Assembly (NCBI GenBank): GCA_030059675.1
Contig: JANVYQ010000007.1
Span: 1-64,000, forward strand
Direction of reading: 5' to 3'
DNA from: Candidatus Pelearchaeum maunauluense
GTDB lineage: Archaea > Thermoproteota > Nitrososphaeria_A > Caldarchaeales > Caldarchaeaceae
DNA length: 64,000 nucleotides
Positions 1 to 9,439 of the stretch are shown here, in pieces; the first letter of the stretch is position 1; every line of letters starts with the position of its first letter. The notes under the pieces were generated by a model. That model did no database searches and was not told the DNA's origin. It was given only the letters and a program-made list of their open reading frames with translations. The translations under genes and the position numbers were made by a program.

Positions 1-52
1 AGAGGAGACGGACAACGGTTAAGAGGTCGCGAGTTCCCAGAATCTAGCCGGA

Positions 53-616
53 ATGGGCAGCAAGAAACGAAACATACTCTACGGCGCATTCATAAGCGTA
101 ATCCTAGTCATACTACTCTTCTCACTCTTTCACTCCATCATGGGGGTAACATACCCTCTACTAGTGGTGAAGAGCGGAAGCATGAAACCACTTATAGAGA
201 TAGGAGATATAATAATAGTAACCCCAGTAAACCCTGATGATATAAAAGCATCACCAACAGATGGGGATGTCATAGTCTTCTACAGGCCGGGAGAATTTGG
301 CGTTAAGGATGCAATAATAGTTCATCGCGCAATAGAGAAGACTGACCAGGGCTTCATCACGAAAGGCGACGCTAACCCGGTCAAGGACTTATGGGGGCCT
401 GTCCCATATAAGAATATCATAGGGCGCTGGACTCATATCAAGATTCCATACTGGACCGGCCTCGGTTATCTCTCGCTATTTCTGCGCGGCGAGTATTATT
501 ATCCGCTTGGGCCGCTCTTAATAGCTTTGCTCATCGTTGCCAACATAATACTCTTCATACGGGATATATCAGCTTCTAGACGCTCTGAAGGCGGCGATAC
601 TTCTTCAGAAGCTTAA
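53..616 (+). CDS. Signal peptidase I (archaeal Sec11/S26B)
   Basis: N-terminal TM, VVKSGSMKP catalytic Ser, IVHR catalytic His, TKGDAN motif. Confidence 0.92.
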   Translation: MGSKKRNILYGAFISVILVILLFSLFHSIMGVTYPLLVVKSGSMKPLIEIGDIIIVTPVNPDDIKASPTDGDVIVFYRPGEFGVKDAIIVHRAIEKTDQGFITKGDANPVKDLWGPVPYKNIIGRWTHIKIPYWTGLGYLSLFLRGEYYYPLGPLLIALLIVANIILFIRDISASRRSEGGDTSSEA

Positions 617-917
617 CCCTCACATACCAGCCATATCCCAAAACAGAAGCTAGTGCAATAACCGTAATTAGTGACGAGAGTAGAGGGGCGTAGGTTATTA
701 TCTGAATTAGTAATGCTATGAAGATGCCCAACGCTGTGAAGAATACAGGTTTTGCCACTTCTGATGCCTCATTCAAATAGTCTTGATGCTTCTCTATGAG
801 ATGTTGTGGAAATCTTATCGCGCGGATACAAACCGTTAAACATGCATATTTAGCTGCCGTCCTCTCCCGCCGCGTAACCTGCTCACCACAGAGCGGGCAT
901 TCAGCTCTAGCCATCAA
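576..917 (-). CDS. Hypothetical membrane protein with N-terminal CxxC
   Basis: CPLC, further Cys/His, two C-terminal hydrophobic helices; fills the gap between neighbours. Confidence 0.55.
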   Translation of the reverse strand: MMARAECPLCGEQVTRRERTAAKYACLTVCIRAIRFPQHLIEKHQDYLNEASEVAKPVFFTALGIFIALLIQIITYAPLLSSLITVIALASVLGYGWYVRVKLLKKYRRLQSV

Positions 918-969
918 TTGTGGTTAAGAGACGATACGTATTTAAGAGTGGCCTAGCGTATCAGATTTA

Positions 970-1812
970 ATGCTTCTAGGAGTTCATGTATCCATATCAG
1001 GTTCAATAGATAATGCTGTGGATAGGGCCGTAAAACTAGGCTGCACCACGTTCCAGATATTCACACGGAACCCGCGTGGATGGACCTATAAGAAATTGGG
1101 CAGAAAGGAGGTTGATAACTTTAGAGAGAAGTGTAGGGAGCATGGATACGCGGTAGCGATGGCTCATATGCCCTACTTACCCAACATAGCGTCGCCTAAG
1201 AAGCTGATATACAATAAGTCCGTTAAATCGCTTATAACAGAACTTGAACGAAGCGGCACACTAGGCTTAAAGTACCTAGTATGTCATGTTGGAAGTCATC
1301 TAGGAGCTGGCATAGATACGGGGATACAGAAGGTAGCTGAAGCCTGCAATACGGCGCTATCAAAGATTGACAACGATACCATACTCCTTCTAGAGAATAT
1401 GGCGGGACAACGCAACTCATGCGGTAGCTCGTTCGAAGACCTCAGACGTATATTGGATAGGATAGAATATCCAGACAGGGTTGGAATATGCTTGGACACA
1501 TGCCACCTTTTCGCGGCAGGCTATGATATACGAAGTCCAGAAAGTGTTGAGGAGGCATTGGAAGAGTTTGACAACATTGTGGGTTTAAAGCGGCTGTATG
1601 CTGTGCATCTTAACGACTCGAAGGGTGGTTTAAAGAGCGGTCTAGATAGACATGAGCATATAGGGATGGGGGAGATAGGTGAGAGGGGATTTCAAGCATT
1701 CATAAATCATAGCGCAATAAGGGACAAGCCAATGATATTAGAAACACCCGAGGATAAGCGGGGAAATTTTGAGACTAACCTAAAGAAAGTCCGAAGCCTC
1801 TATAAGAGATAG
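970..1812 (+). CDS. nfo: Endonuclease IV (AP endonuclease)
   Basis: LGVHVSI, HMPYLPN, LLENMAG, CLDTCH, HLNDS, DRHEHIG, ILETP motifs. Confidence 0.95.
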   Translation: MLLGVHVSISGSIDNAVDRAVKLGCTTFQIFTRNPRGWTYKKLGRKEVDNFREKCREHGYAVAMAHMPYLPNIASPKKLIYNKSVKSLITELERSGTLGLKYLVCHVGSHLGAGIDTGIQKVAEACNTALSKIDNDTILLLENMAGQRNSCGSSFEDLRRILDRIEYPDRVGICLDTCHLFAAGYDIRSPESVEEALEEFDNIVGLKRLYAVHLNDSKGGLKSGLDRHEHIGMGEIGERGFQAFINHSAIRDKPMILETPEDKRGNFETNLKKVRSLYKR

Positions 1813-1817
1813 AATAA

Positions 1818-2465
1818 TCAATATCTGTTCAGCAACTCCTCAGAATATTTGACAAGTTTATCCAAGGCTGAAGCATACCGTGATTCAGGAGCTACTCTGT
1901 CAACCAGCGCTTTATAATATAAGATACGTTGAAGAAGCTCCTTAGCTTTCTGAATATCTCCCATCTTCACGAATACCTTTATCCGCGTTGTGTGTATAGT
2001 AGCTTCGAGCAAAGCTGTCTCTGCGCGGGTAATTGCCCGTGGTCTCAAACAGCCGACCACAGTATTAACAGGCAGACAATAGACCTCGCATAGCTCATTA
2101 ATCTCCTTGATTGATGAGACTTCAAATTCTATGTACGCATCCGCACCCGCTAGGCGTGGCGTTAAAATCTTTACAGCTGGCTCGAAGCTATAACTCTTTT
2201 CAGAAGCATGTTTAGGAAATGTTGTCTCAAAAAATAGATACGCGTCGCTAACTATGTTTATTACTCCCTGCATATTTCTTTTCAAGTTTTTATAGGTTAT
2301 GGTTTTCTTGTATGGTCTTAGCCTGATGGTTTGGTCGTCAAGAAGTGTGAATCCTATTGGAGCTGCGTGTGGTGTTTTATCAGGCTTTAGCGTTGATATG
2401 ATTGATTCGTAGATTATCATAGGTTTTAAGCCGAGGGCTTCGAGTGTTGTTTTCAAGGTCTCCAA
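1818..2465 (-). CDS. DUF447 family protein
   Basis: ESIIST..PHAAPIG, T..NL, 'RAETALLEATIHTTR' C-terminal motif. Confidence 0.8.
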   Translation of the reverse strand: METLKTTLEALGLKPMIIYESIISTLKPDKTPHAAPIGFTLLDDQTIRLRPYKKTITYKNLKRNMQGVINIVSDAYLFFETTFPKHASEKSYSFEPAVKILTPRLAGADAYIEFEVSSIKEINELCEVYCLPVNTVVGCLRPRAITRAETALLEATIHTTRIKVFVKMGDIQKAKELLQRILYYKALVDRVAPESRYASALDKLVKYSEELLNRY

Positions 2466-3319
2466 CCCTCCAGTAGGAGTATGGAGAATGAAGCTGCTAG
2501 GATATCTGCTGTGGATGCTGGCCTCCAGCCACTCTTAGAGAAAACCTTCACAAGCCACGTTAGTAGCTCACCTCTCCTACGACTATTCCTTTCCCGCAGA
2601 ACTTTCCTAGCATATTTTGATGCGAGAATTGACGCCTTGTAGCCATTTCTCCTAGCTATATTAGTATCAGGAAAGCAAGCCAATATGTTGAGGAATGTCA
2701 TTACGGCTGCCTCATTGACCGTTATGCCGCTGCTTAGCTGTTTTTTGAGAAAACTATAACCAAACGCGTAGGTTGCTTGATAGTTGGTGGCATATTCGTG
2801 TGCTATGGCGTCAAAGTGTGAATATGGTCTAAAAGCATCAACTACCGCTATCTTTTCCTGTACTATTCTTTTCTCGGTTTCAGGTTTTCTTACATCTAGA
2901 TAAGCCACCCGCTTTAAGCCAGCTGGTCTAACTAGGTTTATCGCTCTGAATATGCTTATAGTGTCTCTATAATCCATGTTTAGTAATGTTTCTTTGAGAG
3001 CTGTGCGGAGAGAATCTATTTTCTTAACCTTACCCGCTGCAGCTGCTATGGGTGTCAGGAGGAGTATAGCCCCTAGATGCGTATTCCCTTCATGCTGCCA
3101 AGAGAGCATAGTTTTACATGCCCGCTCTATAATGGTTCCTACAGCTCTATTATTGAGAACAGCTTCGCGGAAATGAGGATATAGAGACGCTATAGATGCT
3201 AGGAAACATTCAAAACCTCGCCGCCGTGATTCCCTATCAACAAGCCCAGGCTTTGGCGTCGCGCTCAGCTCAAGCAAGAGAGCCAACTGCATGCAACTAG
3301 CTACGTTATCCGCATCCAC
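2453..3319 (-). CDS. CitG-like triphosphoribosyl-dephospho-CoA synthase family protein
   Basis: LLELSATPKPGLV, NTHLGAILLL, PASTAD motifs; real start probably GTG at 3319 (ORF-track extension overlaps the opposite-strand permease). Confidence 0.8.
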   Translation of the reverse strand: MDADNVASCMQLALLLELSATPKPGLVDRESRRRGFECFLASIASLYPHFREAVLNNRAVGTIIERACKTMLSWQHEGNTHLGAILLLTPIAAAAGKVKKIDSLRTALKETLLNMDYRDTISIFRAINLVRPAGLKRVAYLDVRKPETEKRIVQEKIAVVDAFRPYSHFDAIAHEYATNYQATYAFGYSFLKKQLSSGITVNEAAVMTFLNILACFPDTNIARRNGYKASILASKYARKVLRERNSRRRGELLTWLVKVFSKSGWRPASTADILAASFSILLLEGWRP

Positions 3320-3389
3320 CCAATCAGCCCCTCCGAGAGATAATTTTATACTAACCTTATTATTAGAGTAGATCTGCGATTTAAGAGGT

Positions 3390-4436
3390 ATGGGACTTGG
3401 GAGAACACTGCTTATACGCGGCTTATCCCTGCTATTAGTAGTTTTCGCGGTTCTCTTAATGGTGGTTATAGTCTTAGGAGCTACTGGAGTATCAGATAAG
3501 ATACTAAAAGCGTATGTTGGTGAGGAGCTTCGCCAAATAAGGCAAGAGTTGTCGCAGCGTATAAGAGACCCGCAGGAGCTTGAGAAGGCTCTTGAAGCGT
3601 ATAAGCTGGATTTGGAAAGGGCGTTTGGGCTTGATAAACCCTGGTACTTCAGGCTTCCTGATATGGTGCGCCGAGTGCTGCTACTAGACCTAGGCACGTC
3701 AAGAACAATAACATCATTCTCAGGTAGCAATAAGGTATCTGATATAATATTGGAGCGAATACCAAACACCGTAATACTCGTAACAGTGGCTGTTGTGTTA
3801 AGCGCTCTTGTCGGAATATCTGCAGGAGTTAAGATAGCTACGCGGGTTGGCTCCCTATTGGATAGGATAACCTCCTACTTCTCGGCGGTCTCCTACGCTT
3901 TACCCTCATGGTGGACGGGAATAATATTCATCTTGATATTCTCATTCTATTTCCGCTTATTGCCCCCTGGGGGCATGTACAGTACCCCACCTCCTCAAGA
4001 ACCCCTGGCACGTTTATTAGACCTCATGCTCCACGCCGTCTTGCCCGTCCTGACCCTCATGGCGGCAATCTTAGGTGGGTGGATTTACGTCTCCAGAACA
4101 ATAGTCCTCAACGTAGCGCAGGAAGATTTTGTCAGCGCTGCAAGGGCTAAAGGGCTACCTGAGAGAATCGTTATGCGGCGCTATATCCTGAGAGCATCAA
4201 CACCCCCAATCCTGACAAACATAGTATTCGGCATAGCAGGCTCTCTAGGCGGCGCTATACTCACCGAAACCGTGTTCAGATGGCCTGGAATGGGGCTCCT
4301 CTACTATGAAGCTATAACAGCATTCGACGAGCCGCTAATAATAGCCCTTACCTTCATCTTCACCCTAATCTACGCTGCTGCACGCTTCATCCTAGAGATA
4401 CTATACGTTTCATTAGACCCCAGGGTGAGGTATTGA
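3390..4436 (+). CDS. ABC peptide/nickel-type transporter permease (DppB/OppB-like)
   Basis: DLGTS, EAA loop 'EDFVSAARAKGL', ETVFRWPGMG. Confidence 0.92.
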   Translation: MGLGRTLLIRGLSLLLVVFAVLLMVVIVLGATGVSDKILKAYVGEELRQIRQELSQRIRDPQELEKALEAYKLDLERAFGLDKPWYFRLPDMVRRVLLLDLGTSRTITSFSGSNKVSDIILERIPNTVILVTVAVVLSALVGISAGVKIATRVGSLLDRITSYFSAVSYALPSWWTGIIFILIFSFYFRLLPPGGMYSTPPPQEPLARLLDLMLHAVLPVLTLMAAILGGWIYVSRTIVLNVAQEDFVSAARAKGLPERIVMRRYILRASTPPILTNIVFGIAGSLGGAILTETVFRWPGMGLLYYEAITAFDEPLIIALTFIFTLIYAAARFILEILYVSLDPRVRY

Positions 4437-5878
4437 TGTCGGAAACCAGTAGAGAGGCATGGAGGGTTTTCTGGTCATCAAATATCTCAAAACTAGGAAT
4501 TAATCTATTGGCAATCCTAGTTATAGTATCGCTTTATGTTGTCTTCACTTATCCTCTTGACTTCGGGCTGAAATACTGGAATAACCCAGCCCACTGGGTT
4601 GACTATCCCAAGGGAGTTCCGCCAGAATGGGCTAAATACTTCACATCAGAGAACGTTACAGAGCATAGAATATACACGCTGTATGTTCCATCCGAGAGCA
4701 GGTTTGTAGAAGCCGCGGGGCTTTACATCAAGAGATATGTCATAACGTTTGATTACCAGTACGACGAGTTTCCCAGCTTTCTTTCCTTCACAGTCTTTAA
4801 CGTAACATTCAACCGCGAACCGCCAATAATATTCCTTGAAATTTCCAGACCTGATGGTGTATCGGCACGAATTTACACGCTCGCGGTTCCCGGCCCCCAG
4901 GAAGGTGAGAAGAAGCCATATATGAGATATTCCGAGACTCCTTTCCGTGTTTTTCTAAGCGGAGACCCCAGCGTTGCACAGCAGCTCTCGCGCATGCTCA
5001 AACGGGATTTTGACATCAGTCTAACGCCTACAGAGATAAACACCATAGGCCCTGAGAAAATATTATTCGGAGAACCTGATACAGGGAAGAACTTCACCAT
5101 ACTTAAGGGTGTTTATCGTGTAGATGTTGTGTTGGCGTCCAGCGATGAGAAAGACTCTGTTGGTTATGTTAGGTTTGTTGTTGCTGGTAATGTGTATGGG
5201 TGGGTTGGGACAGATTCTCTGGGTCGCGACCTTGCGGTTGGGCTACTATTCGGATTTCCCGTAGCTCTTCTTATAGGTGTAGTAACAACAACACTGACCA
5301 CAGCCGTTGGGGCTACTGCGGGAATTATAAGCGGCTACGTAGGCGGCAAGACAGATGATATAATACAGAGAATAGCTGATGTAATAAACAACATACCCCT
5401 GCTACCGATTCTAATATTCTTGATATTTGTCCTAAAGCCTAGTATTTGGCTCATAGTCTTCCTACTCGTGGCGTTCGGCTGGCCTGGACTTACTATAATA
5501 GTGAGGTCTATGGTCTTACAATTGAGAACCAGCCAGCTTGTTGAGGCTGAAGTTGCGCTCGGAGCCTCCAAGTGGCGTATAATGTTTAGACATATCTTCC
5601 CACAGATAGCGCCGTTCATCTTCGCCCAAATGATTTTCGCCACACCAACAGCTATCCTAGCAGAAGCGGCTCTGAGCTTCCTAGGTCTGGGCGACCCCTC
5701 ACTACCAACGTGGGGGCAGATATTGAATTACGGATTTAGAGACGGCGGAGTATACGTCGGATATTGGTGGTGGATAGTTCCACCAGGCTTACTAATAGTC
5801 CTGACCGCAATCACATTCGTCTTCCTAGCTCTCGGGTTAGAGCCGGTGGTAAATCCAAGGCTTAGAAGATTCAAGTAA
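4433..5878 (+). CDS. ABC peptide-type transporter permease (DppC/OppC-like) with large extracytoplasmic insert
   Basis: GTDSLGRD, 'VEAEVALGAS..RIMFRHIFP', EAALSFLGLG. Confidence 0.92.
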   Translation: MMSETSREAWRVFWSSNISKLGINLLAILVIVSLYVVFTYPLDFGLKYWNNPAHWVDYPKGVPPEWAKYFTSENVTEHRIYTLYVPSESRFVEAAGLYIKRYVITFDYQYDEFPSFLSFTVFNVTFNREPPIIFLEISRPDGVSARIYTLAVPGPQEGEKKPYMRYSETPFRVFLSGDPSVAQQLSRMLKRDFDISLTPTEINTIGPEKILFGEPDTGKNFTILKGVYRVDVVLASSDEKDSVGYVRFVVAGNVYGWVGTDSLGRDLAVGLLFGFPVALLIGVVTTTLTTAVGATAGIISGYVGGKTDDIIQRIADVINNIPLLPILIFLIFVLKPSIWLIVFLLVAFGWPGLTIIVRSMVLQLRTSQLVEAEVALGASKWRIMFRHIFPQIAPFIFAQMIFATPTAILAEAALSFLGLGDPSLPTWGQILNYGFRDGGVYVGYWWWIVPPGLLIVLTAITFVFLALGLEPVVNPRLRRFK

Positions 5879-5884
5879 GGCGGA

Positions 5885-6733
5885 TTATCCTATGGCTAGG
5901 CTTACATAGGCTAGAGCAAGCCCTAGGATAAGTGATATTGGCAGGCCTGGTACTGCTCTCCATTTCTTAAGGAGCTGGAGGGTTAGGTAGAATCCTATGA
6001 GAATTCCTAAGCTGGTCATTATGCCTGAGACTATGCTAAAGTTGGCTATTGCGAATGCCAGTAGTATGGAGTAGAAGAATAAGTCACCTAGGCCTATGCT
6101 TACTCCTCTAAAATCCATCATTAGACCTTGTAGATTATGGGAGTCCTCACTTGCTAATGCTCTTAAATGGCCACGGAACATCGCATATACGTCATAGGCA
6201 GATATTAACAATACTAGCACTATCGCAGTCCAGAAGGGGATGCTGAACCCTAGTATAGTTCCAGCAGCCGCCGCTACGTAAGAGAGACCTACAACAGAGG
6301 CCAGCTCAATTCCCCGATAAACCACGAATAAAATAGCCAGCGTTATGAGCATAGATGCGAGTATATTATAACTACTTGAAAACTGCGGCGATATTTCTAG
6401 AAAGAATAAACTGGTGGAGAACGCTATTATGCCGAGAATAGAGAATATGAATATTCTCAGAAGTATCCTATAGCGGCTCACTATTGTGATTAAAATGAAG
6501 CTACCCAGGAATATTAGGCCAACCACTATGAGTGCGTTTATGTATGGTGATATGTTTGTTAATGCTTGTTCTGGTGGGGCCTCAGCAGGAGGCTCTGGTG
6601 CTGGAGTTATGACGGGCTGAGGGAGAGATAATCTAGACATATAGAGGAGGAGCGAGAGTATGAAAGATATGAACAACGTCAGTATAACTGGAATTAGATG
6701 CAGAAAGGAGGTCTCCGGTCTTTGGCCACTCAT
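5885..6733 (-). CDS. Presenilin/SPP-like GxGD intramembrane aspartyl protease (A22)
   Basis: Multiple TMs, YD in 'SAYDVY', GLGD, PAL-like 'PGLP'. Confidence 0.85.
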   Translation of the reverse strand: MSGQRPETSFLHLIPVILTLFISFILSLLLYMSRLSLPQPVITPAPEPPAEAPPEQALTNISPYINALIVVGLIFLGSFILITIVSRYRILLRIFIFSILGIIAFSTSLFFLEISPQFSSSYNILASMLITLAILFVVYRGIELASVVGLSYVAAAAGTILGFSIPFWTAIVLVLLISAYDVYAMFRGHLRALASEDSHNLQGLMMDFRGVSIGLGDLFFYSILLAFAIANFSIVSGIMTSLGILIGFYLTLQLLKKWRAVPGLPISLILGLALAYVSLAIG

Positions 6734-6792
6734 CTACCGCGCTAGCTTGATAACCTTTATTTAAGCCCATATGCGAGTCAGAGAAGCGTGCT

Positions 6793-7179
6793 ATGAAGTA
6801 TCGATTGATGGATTTGCTGGCATGTCCGATTTGTAAAACCTTCCCCCTAAGGCTATTTGTGTTTAGTGTACGCGACATAAAGCCCACCATACGTATTAGA
6901 AAATGCGAGCTCTACTGCGCATATCATGGAGATTTCATCAAGAACCTAAGCGAAACAAACTGTGCAACATGCTATGAGAAGGAGATTAGTGATGGTTTGT
7001 TGGAATGTGCTAACTGTGGAAGGTGGTATCCTATAGAGGAGGATATTCCGCGTATGTTGCCTGACGACTTAAGAAATAGACAGCAGGATGAGGCGTTTCT
7101 CGCTAAGTGGAAGGATAGGATACCGCAACATATACTGAATGAGGGAAAACCATTCTCCTTACTGCATGAGCATACTTAA
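6793..7179 (+). CDS. Trm112 family methyltransferase activator
   Basis: LMDLLACPICK ... LECANCGRWYPIEEDIPRML; extra Cys-rich insertion. Confidence 0.85.
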   Translation: MKYRLMDLLACPICKTFPLRLFVFSVRDIKPTIRIRKCELYCAYHGDFIKNLSETNCATCYEKEISDGLLECANCGRWYPIEEDIPRMLPDDLRNRQQDEAFLAKWKDRIPQHILNEGKPFSLLHEHT

Positions 7180-7194
7180 TAGCGGCGGCTATGG

Positions 7195-8067
7195 ATGACA
7201 AGTGATGAAGTAGTTATTTTAGGCGGAAATGTATGTGGTATAGGAGTAGCAGTAGCATTATCTCGTGCAGGGTATAACGTTAAGATACTGGAGAGGGGGC
7301 GTAGGCTCACAGGGCTTAGCATAATAGACGTGGTTAGAGAAGACCAGCTCTCATTTCTGGGGGTAGAGCCGCATAATGTGGTGGAGAATGAGATAAATTA
7401 CATAACTATAGTAGATAATGAAGGCGCTTCGACAATTCATCATAATAGACTTTATGTGTGTAGGATTACCGACCTCTTGGAACGCGCAGCCGCATATAAC
7501 CAGCTGCGCATATCATTTGGCACACCAACCAGCTTAATTAACCAACTAATATCAAGAGATACGAATATTGTTATTGACTGTGAATCTATCAGTGGTTCTG
7601 GTTTTCCTGTTGTGAGTTATATCCATGCATCTAAGCGCTGTGGGTATGGGGATTTAGTTATCGACTTATCATCTAGAGGTTTTAGAGTTGTCGTTGAATG
7701 CTGTGATGGGGTCTTACTCGTTCATGATGTAGGTAATCCAAATTTGGTAAAACGAGCCTCGTGGTTGGCAGAAAGCCGATATTACCTGGCCATGCCCTTG
7801 CCAAATGCTAATAAACGGCCAGTGCGTTGCGGCCGTGCGTCAAATAAATGCTTTTCTCCGCTGGGAAGCGCGGTGGCCGAACTGATAGACGCGGCATACT
7901 GCGCGACAAACATTGTTAATAATGGCTGCAAAGAGGCTGAAGCCACTTTCTCTGACTTTTTCCAATTTCTAGAGAAGAGGCTAACAGGCGGATATTACGC
8001 TAGGGAACAAATAACCCATATTGTTAGGGCGTTTTACGATTTATATGCGGGCTGGGTTGAGCGTTAA
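7195..8067 (+). CDS. Divergent FAD-dependent oxidoreductase-like protein
   Basis: N-terminal Rossmann-like VVILGGNVCG...VKILER; remainder poorly recognisable. Confidence 0.5.
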   Translation: MTSDEVVILGGNVCGIGVAVALSRAGYNVKILERGRRLTGLSIIDVVREDQLSFLGVEPHNVVENEINYITIVDNEGASTIHHNRLYVCRITDLLERAAAYNQLRISFGTPTSLINQLISRDTNIVIDCESISGSGFPVVSYIHASKRCGYGDLVIDLSSRGFRVVVECCDGVLLVHDVGNPNLVKRASWLAESRYYLAMPLPNANKRPVRCGRASNKCFSPLGSAVAELIDAAYCATNIVNNGCKEAEATFSDFFQFLEKRLTGGYYAREQITHIVRAFYDLYAGWVER

Positions 8068-8120
8068 ATTTATCTATCGACGATAACATCGGCGTATTTG
8101 CAGTCAGCGGTGAAACGAGA

Positions 8121-8414
8121 ATGTTGGAAGAGTCGGTTGTCCTTATCGGTAAAAAACCAGCGATGAACTACGTGCTGGCCACGACGCTGCCACTCGCCGA
8201 GGGTAAGAAAGTAGTTCTGAAGGCGAGAGGCAGAGCCATCAGCAAGGCAGTCGATGTAGTAGAAGTCGTCCGCCGCAGATTCGTCCAGAACGCGGTAATC
8301 GAGCGCGTAAACATAGGCACTGAGGAAGGCAGGGTAGGCAACGACGGCAGGGCACGTAACGTCAGCACGATAGAGATCGTCGTGGCACCACCGAACCAGG
8401 CAAAGAAGAAGTAA
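8121..8414 (+). CDS. albA: Chromatin/RNA-binding protein Alba
   Basis: IGKKPAMNYVLA, KARGRAISKAVDV, VSTIEI; GGTGA RBS upstream. Confidence 0.96.
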   Translation: MLEESVVLIGKKPAMNYVLATTLPLAEGKKVVLKARGRAISKAVDVVEVVRRRFVQNAVIERVNIGTEEGRVGNDGRARNVSTIEIVVAPPNQAKKK

Positions 8415-8426
8415 ACATCCAACGAC

Positions 8427-8460
8427 GCGCCCAGGACATCCTGGGGCGCATTCATTTTTT
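8427..8460 (+). terminator. GC hairpin followed by T-tract downstream of albA
   Basis: GCGCCCAGGA-CA-TCCTGGGGCGC then TTCATTTTTT. Confidence 0.55.
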
Positions 8461-8497
8461 AAATTATATTTTACCTACCTCCTAACATTGGGATGCT

Positions 8498-9370
8498 ATG
8501 AGTTTTGGTGCTGTGGTTAGGGATTCAACTGATGAGGATATAGACCGGGCGTGTAAGCCTAGGTCCATTACTTCGCGGAAGGGTGAGAATGGTGTTGTTC
8601 TTGTGGTGGGTGGGAGCTGGCTTTATCATGGTGCGCCCCTTTTAACGGCTCTAGCTGCGCTTAGGTCTGGTGTCGATTTAGTTTATGTGGCTGTTCCAGA
8701 GAAGGTGGCCACGCCCATAAGAGCATACACGCCATCGCTTATAGTTCTCCCCCTGCCTGATATGAAGCTCACCAGCAAGGGAGTAAGTCGCATTAGAGCC
8801 GTTTTACAGGACATTACCGCAGCGGCTATAGGGCCAGGGCTTGCAAGAGGCTCCGAGAAGGGGCTGATTAGGCTGATTGACCTCCTCATAGAAGGTGGTG
8901 TGCCATTAGCTCTAGACGCCACTGCTTTACATCCTGATATACTGCCCAAAATTAGGGGTAGGCCCTGCGTATTAACGCCCCACGCTGGCGAGTTTAGAAG
9001 AGTATTTGGAAGAGAGGCCGGCAATACCTTGGATGAGCGCATCAAGACTGTTCATGAAGAGGCGAAAAATAACGGGCTGGTCATACTCTTGAAAGGTGTT
9101 GTTGACGTCATATCTGATGGCTCTATTGTGGTGTTGAATAAGGTTGGCTCACCAGCAATGACTGTCGGGGGCTCTGGAGATGTTTTATGCGGCCTTGTTG
9201 CAGGATTGATGGCTCGCGCAGCTTCTCCATTAGAGGCAGCCATAGCAGCGGCTCGCGTTAATGGAATAGCTGGCGAGCGAGCTGCGCAGCTTAAAGGTAT
9301 GCACATAACACCAGAAGATATTATAAATGAGATTCCGAATGTTCTAAAACCCTATGACAAGTTAATTTAG
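8498..9370 (+). CDS. nnrD: ADP-dependent NAD(P)H-hydrate dehydratase
   Basis: KG.NG.VLVVGGS, IGPGL, LTPHAGEF, GGSGDVL. Confidence 0.92.
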   Translation: MSFGAVVRDSTDEDIDRACKPRSITSRKGENGVVLVVGGSWLYHGAPLLTALAALRSGVDLVYVAVPEKVATPIRAYTPSLIVLPLPDMKLTSKGVSRIRAVLQDITAAAIGPGLARGSEKGLIRLIDLLIEGGVPLALDATALHPDILPKIRGRPCVLTPHAGEFRRVFGREAGNTLDERIKTVHEEAKNNGLVILLKGVVDVISDGSIVVLNKVGSPAMTVGGSGDVLCGLVAGLMARAASPLEAAIAAARVNGIAGERAAQLKGMHITPEDIINEIPNVLKPYDKLI

Positions 9371-9439
9371 AGCTAGAGAAGGGAAATCCTTTTAGATGTC
9401 CAGGGTATGCTTTTCTATAGATAGTGGGGAGACCTGTCT

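Noticed and set aside
3320-3769. 150-aa N-terminal extension of the CitG-like ORF
   Set aside because: Antisense shadow of the permease gene; family similarity begins near GTG 3319.
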